Below are positions 28,857-38,694 of a stretch of 64,000 nucleotides of DNA, piece by piece; the first letter of the stretch is position 1, and the number at the start of each line of letters is the position of its first letter. The stretch covers positions 32,001 through 96,000 of IMG/VR virus record IMGVR_UViG_2061766007_000586; one strand, 5' to 3'. Position numbers and translations under genes: made by a program. A model generated the notes under the pieces. It ran no database searches. It saw only the letters and a list, made by a program, of their open reading frames with translations, and was not told the DNA's origin. The DNA is from a virus. Its lineage: Duplodnaviria; Caudoviricetes.

Positions 28857-30674
28857 ATGTCATATCGTTCTCAACATCGATTATCCAAAAACGGAGCTGC
28901 TTGTCAGGTAATTACTTTTAAAGAAAAGAAACCTCAAAAACAGCCAACTGAATTAAGCAAAACTATTACAATTGCTGAACGTTTATTAAAACAGATTCAA
29001 GCTAATGCTCCTGTAAAAGATCCAAATATAGAAAAGATGATGGATTGGTTAGATAATAATCACCATCCTGTTGTACCAGAACACACATCACATCCTAATG
29101 AAAAACCAGTAACTGATTTAGGCGTTGTACTATGCTATCACGGAAATGATGCTCAGAGAATAGCTGCATGTAATAGAGCTTTACCAAGATTATTAAAAGC
29201 TAACCCACAACCTGCAGGATTCTTTATTGTAGAAGCTCTAGAAGATCATCAAATTTCCAATTTAAACAAGTATAAAGATAATCCACAAGTTACTATTATC
29301 AATGTCAAAATTAAAGATAAAAATAAAGCGCTCTTCCAAAAAGAAGCTCTATGGACAATAGGAACAAGAAAAGCGTTTGAGAATCCAAGTATCACGAAAG
29401 TTGTTGCTATTGATGCAGATAGTGCTTTTGATGATAATAGTTGGGCTTATGTAATTAGTCAAGCATTAGAGTATAACGATTTCATACAGCCATTTATCGG
29501 AATGAACTATAGTGAGCAAAAAGATGGTCCAGCTCAAGTCTTACTTGGCGAAGCTTATGCTTATATTACAAAATATAAAGGTAAGCGTAATGTTGCACCT
29601 GGTGGATCATTTGCATGTACAAAAAAACTCTTCCAAGAAATTTTTAATAATCAATGGCCATATCGTCCTTTAGGTGCTGGTGATGTTGCTACATGGGCGT
29701 TTATATTAGGTAATAGAACTGAATCGGCTAAGAAACCTTCTAATATCGAAGATAGTATTATTTTAGATGAAGGTCTGTGCCCTAATATTCATGTACACTA
29801 TGCGAATTTAATATTAAATCACTATTATCATGGTCCTTTAGTTAACAGAATGTATGGGACCAGAAACTATCTTGCTAAGAAATATAATAATCCTGAAACA
29901 ACATTCATTGATAAGCAAGGATTATTATCATGGTCTGATACAACAGATGGTCAGATTTTTCAAGAATCTTTTACCATGTTAAAGGCTCAAACAAAAAACT
30001 ATCTTTCTGTTAACAGACTATTTACAATCAAAGATACAAAAGCAATGACCAAACTCATTGCTGGAAGATATTACGGTGTAATAGATGGTGCATTAAATCG
30101 TTTAATCATCACTACTGTATATCGTAGTGGTTACGATAAATCACCTTTAATCATCAAAAATTTATACAATGATTTAAAATTACATTGTAAGAATTTATTT
30201 ACTTTTGTTGTTTTTACAGATACTGATTTACAAATGAGTGGTGTTGAACAATATCCATTGAATCTCAACTATATCGATGCTCCTAATATGTGGAGAAGAA
30301 TGAGTATTTTCCAAAAAGAATATCGTTCTACTGATAATGTATTATTTATCGATCCTTCTACTTCGATTATAAATGATTTTACAATGTTAAATTGTTCTTC
30401 TGGTTATATGTATTTTGCTAGACATGATTCTGGTAGATGGAGTAGTTCTATGATGTACTTCAAAAATGTTCCAAGAATCTGGGAACAATATAAAGAAGAA
30501 TCTGAGGCTAAAACAACATTGAAACCAGAATATATCTATCTTGACCCTGCTACTTATCTGCTAGCAAATTGGCATGATAAAGAGGTTATATTTAAAAATC
30601 TCATTATTCATGCTGATTATAAATTTGAAAAAGAAAGAGAAGCTTCTCCTGTTAATGACTTTATTTTAAAGTAA
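28857..30674 (+). CDS. two-domain glycosyltransferase (GT2-like plus GT8-like)
   Basis: AIDADS DxD motif, GGSFAC, GAGD; second domain FVVFTD...WRRMSIF...LFID...WSSSMMYF; late-like TATTTTATG upstream. Confidence 0.7.
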   Translation: MSYRSQHRLSKNGAACQVITFKEKKPQKQPTELSKTITIAERLLKQIQANAPVKDPNIEKMMDWLDNNHHPVVPEHTSHPNEKPVTDLGVVLCYHGNDAQRIAACNRALPRLLKANPQPAGFFIVEALEDHQISNLNKYKDNPQVTIINVKIKDKNKALFQKEALWTIGTRKAFENPSITKVVAIDADSAFDDNSWAYVISQALEYNDFIQPFIGMNYSEQKDGPAQVLLGEAYAYITKYKGKRNVAPGGSFACTKKLFQEIFNNQWPYRPLGAGDVATWAFILGNRTESAKKPSNIEDSIILDEGLCPNIHVHYANLILNHYYHGPLVNRMYGTRNYLAKKYNNPETTFIDKQGLLSWSDTTDGQIFQESFTMLKAQTKNYLSVNRLFTIKDTKAMTKLIAGRYYGVIDGALNRLIITTVYRSGYDKSPLIIKNLYNDLKLHCKNLFTFVVFTDTDLQMSGVEQYPLNLNYIDAPNMWRRMSIFQKEYRSTDNVLFIDPSTSIINDFTMLNCSSGYMYFARHDSGRWSSSMMYFKNVPRIWEQYKEESEAKTTLKPEYIYLDPATYLLANWHDKEVIFKNLIIHADYKFEKEREASPVNDFILK

Positions 30675-30679
30675 AAGAA

Positions 30680-30707
30680 AACCCCGAGCGAGAAATCGCT
30701 CGGGGTT
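30680..30707. terminator. bidirectional terminator
   Basis: AACCCCGAGCGA-gaaa-TCGCTCGGGGTT between convergent genes. Confidence 0.75.
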
Positions 30708-30711
30708 AACT

Positions 30712-30885
30712 TTATTTCGTTTTTGTTTTTCTTCTTTCTTTCAGAAGATTCCACAGAGAATACGGGTCATCCCGAAATTCATCTTGAATCATCCAAACCA
30801 GAAAAACGACACTGATCACAGTTCCCAATGCAATCGTGAACGGGAACAGAAACGAGAAAAGACCGACCATAATGGTTTCAAACAT
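30712..30885 (-). CDS. 57-aa membrane peptide
   Basis: Manual translation MFETIMVGLFSFLFPFTIALGTVISVVFLVWMIQDEF...; AAGGAG RBS; TATATTAC at 30921-30928. Confidence 0.65.
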   Translation of the reverse strand: MFETIMVGLFSFLFPFTIALGTVISVVFLVWMIQDEFRDDPYSLWNLLKERRKTKTK

Positions 30886-30920
30886 AAGTGCTCCTTATAT
30901 TTATGGGTTTAACTATAGTA

Positions 30921-30928
30921 GTAATATA
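30921..30928 (-). promoter_or_regulatory. early-type promoter TATATTAC
   Basis: Exact motif. Confidence 0.6.
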
Positions 30929-30980
30929 TACGAAAATAGTTTTCAACAACAAAAAGAAGAAGGGGGTATAACCCCCTTCT

Positions 30981-31142
30981 TTACTTGTTAAGCTTATGGG
31001 CTTCGTCCAGCATATTCTCAGCAAGCTGACGATAGAACACCTGCTGAAGTTTCTTCTGGATGTACTGACCAATCAGACCGATGCCAGTGAGAACGATGAG
31101 GATGAGAGCGACAGTGAGAGTGACAGTGATGGCGAAATCCAT
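30981..31142 (-). CDS. 53-aa membrane peptide
   Basis: Manual translation MDFAITVTLTVALILIVLTGIGLIGQYIQKK...; AAAGGAGG RBS; terminator hairpin immediately downstream. Confidence 0.7.
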   Translation of the reverse strand: MDFAITVTLTVALILIVLTGIGLIGQYIQKKLQQVFYRQLAENMLDEAHKLNK

Positions 31143-31246
31143 AGCAAACCTCCTTTGTGGGTTAATGGGGTAAATTCGATTGTGAAATATATACTTAAAT
31201 ATTTTTCAAAATCATCATACTCTGATTAATAAAAAAGGATAGCGCT

Positions 31247-33811
31247 ATGAGACTTATATCAATTGATTTATATTTATACAAACCATTTTTACACCATAAA
31301 ACAAAACATGTAGGAATCAATGATATTCCACATGTAACTGTTATCTCAGGTGAAAATGCTTGTGGTAAATCAAGTTTACTAAGAGCTATATCTCCTTATC
31401 CAGCTGTTAGCACAGAGTTCGAAAAAGGCGGGTATAAGAAAGCTGTCTATGAACATATGGGATGTTATTATGACATCAGTTCAGATTTTAGAAAACAATC
31501 TGGTGTACATAGTTTTAAACGTGATGGAATAGAATTAAATGAATCAGGAACAACTGATGTTCAGAATACATTAGTGGCTGAATATTTTGGCTATGACAAT
31601 GTCATTGAGAGATTAACATCAGGCAAATACAAAATCTGTGATGCAGGTAGGCCTGAACGTAAAGCATTATTCATGTCAACTTATCCATCATCGATGGCTT
31701 TTGTATTAGATTACTACAAAGTAGTTTCTTCTAGATTACGTGCTGCTACAAACAATATCAAAATGTTGCTTTCAAGAAAAACTCAGCTTGAACAACAGAT
31801 GATATCGGGTGCAATCTTAGAGGATTATAAGAAAGAAAAAAGAGACTTAGAAGAAGCTAAAGCAAAAATTGAAACAGACATTTACACGATTACACACTCC
31901 ATTGAACATGTGCAAGATCTGTTAAATAAATTCGACCCAGCTATTACTTCTTTGAATCAGGATTCTTTCTTATCTAAAATAAAAAATATTAATACTAGAT
32001 TTTTAAAACTACTCCAAGATAATAAATCAACTGAGAGTTTCAAAGATAGTGAACTTATGGTTGATCGAATTACAAATCAAGAAAAAGTAATTCAAAATAC
32101 AGTCAAAGAACAAGAAGATGCCGCTAGAGCTTTAAAAGAAGAAATCGACCAGTGTCAAAAAGTTCTTGCTACCGATACAGAAGCTCTTATTCGTGAATAT
32201 ACAAATAAGATTCAAGTTCAAGATAAGATCATACGTAACACGCCAATCAATAATTACTTTCCTGCTCTTAGTAATATTGAACTTGATGAATTACGAACAA
32301 ATCACAAATCAATCTTAGAAAAACTTGAACTTATTCGTGGATCTAGTGCACCGTATTTATCTGAATTCGAATATCAAGAACAAGAACAGAAATTAGCTAG
32401 TCTTAAGCAGCGTAATAATAAGCTCTACTTTGATCTAGAGCAGATCGACAAAGAACTTGAAGCTTTATTAAGACGAATTAAGTCATATGACTTACATTCT
32501 TGGCCTAGTGATTGTGCAAGACCTTGTGATATAAAAGAAACTTGTCAAAACGCAAAGAACTCTCTCAATTGCGAATTAAACCATATTCGAAAAGAAAAAG
32601 AACAAATCGAAAAAGAAATTGAAGAAAACAAAGCTCTCATTACAAATCAAGAAGATGTATTGAAAAGTAAAAATACAATTCGTGTTACTTTAAGAGAACT
32701 TGCTAAATTCTTCAATGGTGTAAACTGGAGCCCATTTGTTTTAGACAGCCTGTCCTTTATAGAAGCTTTAAACAAAAACATAACTCAAGTTTACAACAAG
32801 ATTAGTCAATTATTAGTCAATGCTGAGAATGAGAAAATAGTTAATGAAGCAAAAAATACAAAACAACTTCTTGAAACGAAATTAAAGAATCTTCAAGAAG
32901 GAGATAATCCTGCTCGTCAACTTATCAAAGAATCAGTATTGAAAAAAGAAATTCAACTTAATGCATTTATCCAATCTGTAACAGAATCAAGAGAAAAATT
33001 ACTTTCTTTAGATAAGCAAAAATATCAATTAACCAAATATATTGATATTAAGCAAGAGTTGGATACATTAGGAAGACAATATGAGATTTGGAAAAAATAT
33101 CATTTCTCTCAAGCAGAAATTTCTTACTTTAAAGATTTAGCTGAGCAACTTGCTGCTAGCAAAATCAAGATTGATGAGAAAATTAGAGAGCTTGATGTTA
33201 TCATTCAAGATCAAGACAAATACTTAATTAGGCTTAGGGAAGAGATATTACCAGAACTTGCTAAATTACAAAAACTACAAGAGGAACTCTCCATTGTAGA
33301 AGGGCAATTAAATCCCACAAAAGGGATCAGTCACAGATATGTGGTTCGTTACATCAATGCAGTTTTTAGTTTAGCTAATCAATTCATTGCTCGTGTTTGG
33401 TCTTATCCGATGCAACTTGATTATATCAATGAAGATGATGAATCTTTTGATTATCAATTTAAATTGATTATTAACGAAACATCTAGTATCAAAGATATTA
33501 ATATTGCATCAGCTGGACAAAAAGCAATTATTAATCTTTGTGTCATGTTAGCTGTTTGTATCTTCAGAGATTACGGAAAAACTTATCCTATTATTCTTGA
33601 CGAAGTTACAGTTAACATGTCATTAAATCATCAGAATAGTTTAATTCAATTCTTAAATGAATTGTTCTCCCAAAACGATTTATCTCAAGTCTTTATCGTA
33701 GACCATTGTATCGATGTTTGTAGTTCTTTTGCAAGCATTGCTGAAATGGTTTGCTTATCTAGAGACTTTGATATAGGTCAAGAGTGGAAACGTATTGGAA
33801 CTATTGAATAG
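31247..33811 (+). CDS. sbcC: SbcC/Rad50-like SMC ATPase
   Basis: Walker A GENACGKSS, long coiled coils with a central Cys cluster (CARPC), signature SAGQ, Walker B ILDE. Confidence 0.88.
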   Translation: MRLISIDLYLYKPFLHHKTKHVGINDIPHVTVISGENACGKSSLLRAISPYPAVSTEFEKGGYKKAVYEHMGCYYDISSDFRKQSGVHSFKRDGIELNESGTTDVQNTLVAEYFGYDNVIERLTSGKYKICDAGRPERKALFMSTYPSSMAFVLDYYKVVSSRLRAATNNIKMLLSRKTQLEQQMISGAILEDYKKEKRDLEEAKAKIETDIYTITHSIEHVQDLLNKFDPAITSLNQDSFLSKIKNINTRFLKLLQDNKSTESFKDSELMVDRITNQEKVIQNTVKEQEDAARALKEEIDQCQKVLATDTEALIREYTNKIQVQDKIIRNTPINNYFPALSNIELDELRTNHKSILEKLELIRGSSAPYLSEFEYQEQEQKLASLKQRNNKLYFDLEQIDKELEALLRRIKSYDLHSWPSDCARPCDIKETCQNAKNSLNCELNHIRKEKEQIEKEIEENKALITNQEDVLKSKNTIRVTLRELAKFFNGVNWSPFVLDSLSFIEALNKNITQVYNKISQLLVNAENEKIVNEAKNTKQLLETKLKNLQEGDNPARQLIKESVLKKEIQLNAFIQSVTESREKLLSLDKQKYQLTKYIDIKQELDTLGRQYEIWKKYHFSQAEISYFKDLAEQLAASKIKIDEKIRELDVIIQDQDKYLIRLREEILPELAKLQKLQEELSIVEGQLNPTKGISHRYVVRYINAVFSLANQFIARVWSYPMQLDYINEDDESFDYQFKLIINETSSIKDINIASAGQKAIINLCVMLAVCIFRDYGKTYPIILDEVTVNMSLNHQNSLIQFLNELFSQNDLSQVFIVDHCIDVCSSFASIAEMVCLSRDFDIGQEWKRIGTIE

Positions 33812-33825
33812 AACCAAAAAGAAAA

Positions 33826-33857
33826 ATCACCTGGAGTCGCTTACGACTCCAGGTGAT
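33826..33857. terminator. bidirectional terminator
   Basis: ATCACCTGGAGTCG-ctta-CGACTCCAGGTGAT. Confidence 0.75.
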
Positions 33858-33873
33858 ACTTAAATCAGATTTG

Positions 33874-34851
33874 TTATGCGACAATCCAGGTTTTGCCGTC
33901 TTCGATATACGTGCGGAAAGATCTGTCAGTGGTGATATCAATACCATCCAAATCTTCACCGTAGATTCTTCCACCAGCGTGGAGATGGATTGTACAAACA
34001 GAAGATCCTTTACTGATGTATACTGTTCCACTGCAGCACATGTGATTAACATCGCAGCAAACTTCTGCAACTGCTGTTTTATCAACAACCAAAACACCAA
34101 TGTTGCATCTGTATAAACTAGCAGTGCCATGAATCTCAGCACGATCGATATCGACCGGAAGATCATTCTCATCAACCATTCTGCAATTTACATTGAGATG
34201 GTTAGCTTTACCAATGACAATTGCATCGAGATGAGCACCATTGATCACTTCAATCGTAGTACGATTTTCAATACATTCATCAGTATTGATACCATCATCA
34301 AAGGTAACTTTGTTATATGCACCGCCATTAATACCAACGGAGACACGACCAAGAGAAATATCTTCGTTCATGTAGCACATATCGAATGCGATCTGTGTAC
34401 CTTCCGATATAGCATTTTTGATGTTTTCATACTGCTGTTTTGGAAGATCAACAGTAAATCCATCATAAATGATCAGACTATTGCTCTTAATTTCAATGAC
34501 CGGATTAATGTCATTGCGGAGCTTCAGAGTTCCATCATCAACGATGAATTTTTCTCCATGCCAATTATTTTCACCGAAAGTAGATTCATCCATACCAGTA
34601 ACAGTGATGGTCTTAACATCTTCTTTCTGATCAGAAACAGGTTTAACGCAACTGAGAATTTTTCCCTGAGCTGGTTTAAAGTTCACTTTCGTGAAATCAA
34701 TATTATTTGATTCCGCAAAATTTCTAATAATCTGTTCTGATTCCTCTGGAGTGTGTTTTCCGATTATTGCCTTTCCTTCATCATTAAAATGAATGTGAAG
34801 TGTCTGCTGTTTGTTAGTGTGTAAATCGGTTACTGTAAGTTTAGCTTTCAT
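33874..34851 (-). CDS. hypothetical protein with a C-terminal beta-helix-like region
   Basis: Start reassigned to MKAKL (AAGGAG RBS); TATATTAC at 34914-34921; ISKGS / LHAGG repeats. Confidence 0.55.
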   Translation of the reverse strand: MKAKLTVTDLHTNKQQTLHIHFNDEGKAIIGKHTPEESEQIIRNFAESNNIDFTKVNFKPAQGKILSCVKPVSDQKEDVKTITVTGMDESTFGENNWHGEKFIVDDGTLKLRNDINPVIEIKSNSLIIYDGFTVDLPKQQYENIKNAISEGTQIAFDMCYMNEDISLGRVSVGINGGAYNKVTFDDGINTDECIENRTTIEVINGAHLDAIVIGKANHLNVNCRMVDENDLPVDIDRAEIHGTASLYRCNIGVLVVDKTAVAEVCCDVNHMCCSGTVYISKGSSVCTIHLHAGGRIYGEDLDGIDITTDRSFRTYIEDGKTWIVA

Positions 34852-34913
34852 AGCTATCTCCTTGGTTAAATTAGGGTTTGCTTGATCTTTATACAAAGAT
34901 CTATATCAATGAT

Positions 34914-34921
34914 GTAATATA
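34914..34921 (-). promoter_or_regulatory. early-type promoter TATATTAC
   Basis: Exact motif. Confidence 0.6.
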
Positions 34922-34958
34922 TAAATAAAAAAATAATCAAAAAAAAATCTCGGAAGCA

Positions 34959-35732
34959 TTAAGCTTCCGAGAGGTTAAGTTTGAATTTGTCCAACTCAGA
35001 TTCGAGGGCTTTCGCGATCTTCATGTGACGACTGAGAGCTTTTCCGCGCAGAGGTTTTCTGTCGAAATGCTCACGCATATACTGCTTCTTGATGACAGCA
35101 GGCATTTGCATCTGATCAGCACAATGGAGATCTTCGATCGTCGGATAAGACGCTTGCACGTCTGCTCCAGTTTCGTACCACACCGTTCCAATCCAAGGAT
35201 TGAATTTCCGATATCTCATGTCGGCGCGAACAATGAGCTTCGCTCCTTTTTCGACATAGATGTTTGGAATTCTGGAACCACCAGTGATGATAGTGGTTGA
35301 TCCTTTGTGAAGGTAAAGGGAATGGTAGAAGCATGTGTCCAACGTTGCCGGAAGCTGAGTTTGACGAATGTGGACGGTCCGGTGATCTCGCTCGAACCGT
35401 TTAATCCTACGACGACGGCGATTCTCCTGCCGACGATAACGTTTGGATTTCGGATCGGCGAATCCAAGAAAACGAAGAAGACGTCTCGTCTGCCCACTCA
35501 CAGGCTGATCGCCTTTCTTGTGAGCATTACGATCCTTCTTTTCAATTTCGTAAAGTTGCCCACTGATAGCGGAGTATCTCTTTTTGAGATCCCACATTTC
35601 ATCAGTGAGCTGGTCAAGAACAGGAGTCGACGCTTCGTCGAATTCATCGACTGCTTCGATCTTTTCGCTGAGTTCTCCCATCTGTTCTTCGAGGTTGTCG
35701 AGTTCATTGTTCAGTGTAACGATTGCGCTCAT
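34959..35732 (-). CDS. hypothetical protein: acidic coiled coil, Arg-rich linker, short beta-helix
   Basis: AAGGAG RBS; LHKGS / VEKGA / YETGA repeats. Confidence 0.6.
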   Translation of the reverse strand: MSAIVTLNNELDNLEEQMGELSEKIEAVDEFDEASTPVLDQLTDEMWDLKKRYSAISGQLYEIEKKDRNAHKKGDQPVSGQTRRLLRFLGFADPKSKRYRRQENRRRRRIKRFERDHRTVHIRQTQLPATLDTCFYHSLYLHKGSTTIITGGSRIPNIYVEKGAKLIVRADMRYRKFNPWIGTVWYETGADVQASYPTIEDLHCADQMQMPAVIKKQYMREHFDRKPLRGKALSRHMKIAKALESELDKFKLNLSEA

Positions 35733-35743
35733 GGTGTTTCTCC

Positions 35744-36118
35744 TTATTCAAAATCGTTGGTGTTTGATGCGACGTATTTGTTATGGATCATCTCGTACTT
35801 GAAAGTCACAGCCAAACTGAAATTAAGCCAGATGGCTTCATGACGTTTCTGAGGACGAGTACGATGTGTCTTTTCTGCCTTCATAGACAGATGTTTCACA
35901 TGATCCGTGTACTTGGCATACGAACGATACCATTTCTGGTCAAGTGCAAAAGCTTTGCTTCGCAGTTCCTCGTAGGCCTTGACGTCACCTTTGGCGTACA
36001 AATTATCTGATTCTTTGTACAGCCTTTCAAGTTCCGGAAGAGTCTTCGTCAAACTCTTCACATAGAACATGACACTCTGGCTCCAAAGGTAGCAAAGGGA
36101 TTTGTTCTTTTTCTTCAT
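35744..36118 (-). CDS. hypothetical early protein
   Basis: AAGGAG RBS; variant promoter TATATAAC near 36161. Confidence 0.6.
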   Translation of the reverse strand: MKKKNKSLCYLWSQSVMFYVKSLTKTLPELERLYKESDNLYAKGDVKAYEELRSKAFALDQKWYRSYAKYTDHVKHLSMKAEKTHRTRPQKRHEAIWLNFSLAVTFKYEMIHNKYVASNTNDFE

Positions 36119-36200
36119 GGCAAATTCTCCTTATAAATTTAGTTAATTGTTTCTATGTTAGTTATATATATTTTTATAAATTTGATAATCATGATTTTAG

Positions 36201-36209
36201 CATTTTATG
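36201..36209 (+). promoter_or_regulatory. late-type promoter motif CATTTTATG
   Basis: Exact copy upstream of a probable structural gene. Confidence 0.5.
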
Positions 36210-36239
36210 CGCTTAAATAAACTAACAAATGAGGTGTGT

Positions 36240-37052
36240 ATGAACTCTGCATTAGAAGTTGCATTTGTTAAAATACATTCATCAATACCTCCTGAAATTC
36301 TGGAATATGGATTCTCAGATCGAGACACGAGAGATGAAGTTGTATCAATAGACGAAATGATTTACAAGAAAGTAATTCATTATCGTGTTATGAAAGATAT
36401 GAATATTGATGGTGGTAAATTTAAAGAGATTTTACTCCGTCGTGAATACATGGAAAAAATGACTCGCAATAAAGATGATGTTCATCTTCATACAGGAAGA
36501 TGGAGTATCTATCGTATTCCACCACAAGCACGTGATGGATTACCAATTGCTGAAGTTATGAGTTTAAAATTTAGAGGAGCATATGCAGGATATCAACCTT
36601 ATAGTCCTGGGTATGTTGGTGGTGCTAATCTTACTACATTGGCTCAAGGTGTACTAGATGCACATACATTCCAATCTGCTCCGCCTACTCCTAATATTGA
36701 ATTACTAGCTGGAGATCTTGTTAGGCTCTGGCCTTCTCAGCACCACGGAACTATGTGGGCAATGAATTGTAGATTATGTTACGATGATCGTTTAACAAAT
36801 CTTAACACTTCAGCCATTATTCCATTTGCTGATTTATGTGTATTGGCAGTTAAAGCATACATCTATATTCAAATGACTGTACAACTCGATAAAGCATATA
36901 TTCAAAATGGTTATCAGATCGGACAGTTCAAAACAATCATAGATAGTTATGCCGATGCAAATGACAAATATGATGAAAAATATAAGGAACTTGCTGGAGC
37001 TATGTTCTTAGATCCTGCAAGACTCAATTCTATTCTTCCTTACATGCTTTGA
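36240..37052 (+). CDS. phiKZ-like virion structural protein
   Basis: MNSALE...IPPEILEYGF N-terminus and LAVKAYIY...G..IGQFKTIIDSYADA C-terminus resemble a conserved phiKZ-group protein; GAGGTG RBS at 36231. Confidence 0.55.
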   Translation: MNSALEVAFVKIHSSIPPEILEYGFSDRDTRDEVVSIDEMIYKKVIHYRVMKDMNIDGGKFKEILLRREYMEKMTRNKDDVHLHTGRWSIYRIPPQARDGLPIAEVMSLKFRGAYAGYQPYSPGYVGGANLTTLAQGVLDAHTFQSAPPTPNIELLAGDLVRLWPSQHHGTMWAMNCRLCYDDRLTNLNTSAIIPFADLCVLAVKAYIYIQMTVQLDKAYIQNGYQIGQFKTIIDSYADANDKYDEKYKELAGAMFLDPARLNSILPYML

Positions 37053-37063
37053 TGAAAAAAAGA

Positions 37064-37092
37064 AACCACTGGAGCATAATGCTCCAGTGGTT
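37064..37092. terminator. bidirectional terminator
   Basis: AACCACTGGAGCA-taa-TGCTCCAGTGGTT. Confidence 0.75.
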
Positions 37093-37102
37093 CTTAAATT
37101 AT

Positions 37103-37768
37103 TTAGCCAACGATGTAATCCTGACGGATCGGTTGATTGTCCGTTTTCCGACGAATTGTGTGAACTTCAGACCAGAAGTTTCTTCCAGCTTCAGCACGAA
37201 CAAATTCGACTTTACAATTGTGAAGCTTTTTCACACGTCCACCCGGATAAATCTTGCATGTTTTAACATCACAATTATCCAGAGTAACCGTACCACGAAC
37301 ATGCAGCATCTCAATCACTGCACCGTCCTTGATATATGCTTCACCTGTTTCATCAATGACCGCATTTTTGGTTCTAGATCCAGGACCAAACGTAATGTAA
37401 CCATGGCACATCACGTTTTCAAGTTCTGAATTGTCGCCCACCCATGAGATAGTGTCTTCACGGGTGATGAAATTATTGAGCTTTGTGTTCGTGATAATAC
37501 ATTCATTACGAACTCTGGCCGGAATGTCAAGATCCTTCGGCTCAATATCAAACACATTGAGTTGAGAATCCATGATTTCAACATCAACATGTGACATCAA
37601 CCTTGCAGGTGAAGTACAATTTACAAGTTTGATTTTATTGAACTTTTCAGTCAAATCATAGAACGCTTCATCTGTTTCGATGTGCGTATTATGAATTGTG
37701 ATTTTCAAAGGATTTTTATTCTGATCGTATTCTTCGATCGGATAGTTGTTTTTTTCGTAAAGCGGCAT
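37103..37768 (-). CDS. beta-helix-like hypothetical protein
   Basis: AAGGAG RBS; FGPGS / IKDGA / IYPGG repeats. Confidence 0.55.
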   Translation of the reverse strand: MPLYEKNNYPIEEYDQNKNPLKITIHNTHIETDEAFYDLTEKFNKIKLVNCTSPARLMSHVDVEIMDSQLNVFDIEPKDLDIPARVRNECIITNTKLNNFITREDTISWVGDNSELENVMCHGYITFGPGSRTKNAVIDETGEAYIKDGAVIEMLHVRGTVTLDNCDVKTCKIYPGGRVKKLHNCKVEFVRAEAGRNFWSEVHTIRRKTDNQPIRQDYIVG

Positions 37769-37790
37769 GATAATTTCTCCTTATTGTGGT

Positions 37791-38198
37791 TTAATAATTT
37801 TCAGCTTCCTTCTTAGCTTCAGCTCGACGGAAGCTTTCGATCGCTTCTTCAACACGACCAGTATAGTAAATAAACAGTTTCTTATTCTCCTCTATTTCAA
37901 CAACCTTATATCTGTTGTAAATAGTAAAAATATCGATATTAATTTCGATATTCTTAGGAAGAACATCTTTGTTGTTCGTAAACTTACCTACTGCAATTTC
38001 TGTTTCAATATTGTAGCAAACAGGAATACGTGTTTTTCCATTTTCATCTCGGAAAATCCCATCAAGAAATGTCCCAAAGATTGGAAGAATTTGGATAACA
38101 TGATTTGCAGTAACCACACCAATTAAATCTGAAACAAGTTTTTCTCTCAGATTTAAATAATAAGTATCATGTATGAAATCCCGTGGTAATGTTTTCAT
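37791..38198 (-). CDS. hypothetical protein
   Basis: Packed in an operon with a start/stop overlap. Confidence 0.55.
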   Translation of the reverse strand: MKTLPRDFIHDTYYLNLREKLVSDLIGVVTANHVIQILPIFGTFLDGIFRDENGKTRIPVCYNIETEIAVGKFTNNKDVLPKNIEINIDIFTIYNRYKVVEIEENKKLFIYYTGRVEEAIESFRRAEAKKEAENY

Positions 38199-38656
38199 TT
38201 ATACCATCTCCAACCTGTAAGTTTAAGAATTCCTTTAGGACGAGGAATAGGTGTCCAGATAAAAGATCCAAACCGAAAGGCATGTTTCTCTTGCCAAACA
38301 TATCGATCCTTTTTCTGAGGATGAATATTCACACAATATTCATGAACATTATTGTTTTCAAGAACAGTAATGTAAGCGCAATCATGAATACCATTTTGAA
38401 GATCATATCGTACATCTTTCCACGATAAACCATCAACACCAGAATTCCATTCCCATTTGTTACTCTTCCTATAATCATCTGATTCTATTGTAGGAAACCA
38501 TTCCTTACGCTCAAAATTAGTGATTAATGATTTCCAACGTATATCTTTCGAATTAAACGGATCTTGTTCAATACGAATTAATTTATCAGATATATTTAGA
38601 AAAGCATATTTTTTCTCTCCTGATAGAATAGCTTTTTTAACTGTTTGAAAGTTCAT
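38195..38656 (-). CDS. hypothetical Trp-rich protein
   Basis: GAGG RBS; packed in an operon. Confidence 0.55.
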   Translation of the reverse strand: MNFQTVKKAILSGEKKYAFLNISDKLIRIEQDPFNSKDIRWKSLITNFERKEWFPTIESDDYRKSNKWEWNSGVDGLSWKDVRYDLQNGIHDCAYITVLENNNVHEYCVNIHPQKKDRYVWQEKHAFRFGSFIWTPIPRPKGILKLTGWRWYK

Positions 38657-38694
38657 ATGTACCTCATGGAGTGAGAAGTATCAGGGATTCAAGG

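Noticed and set aside
30996-31229. Plus-strand 77-aa ORF with an acidic DESDSESDSD run
   Set aside because: The opposite strand has a better 53-aa gene with AAAGGAGG, a promoter variant and a terminator.
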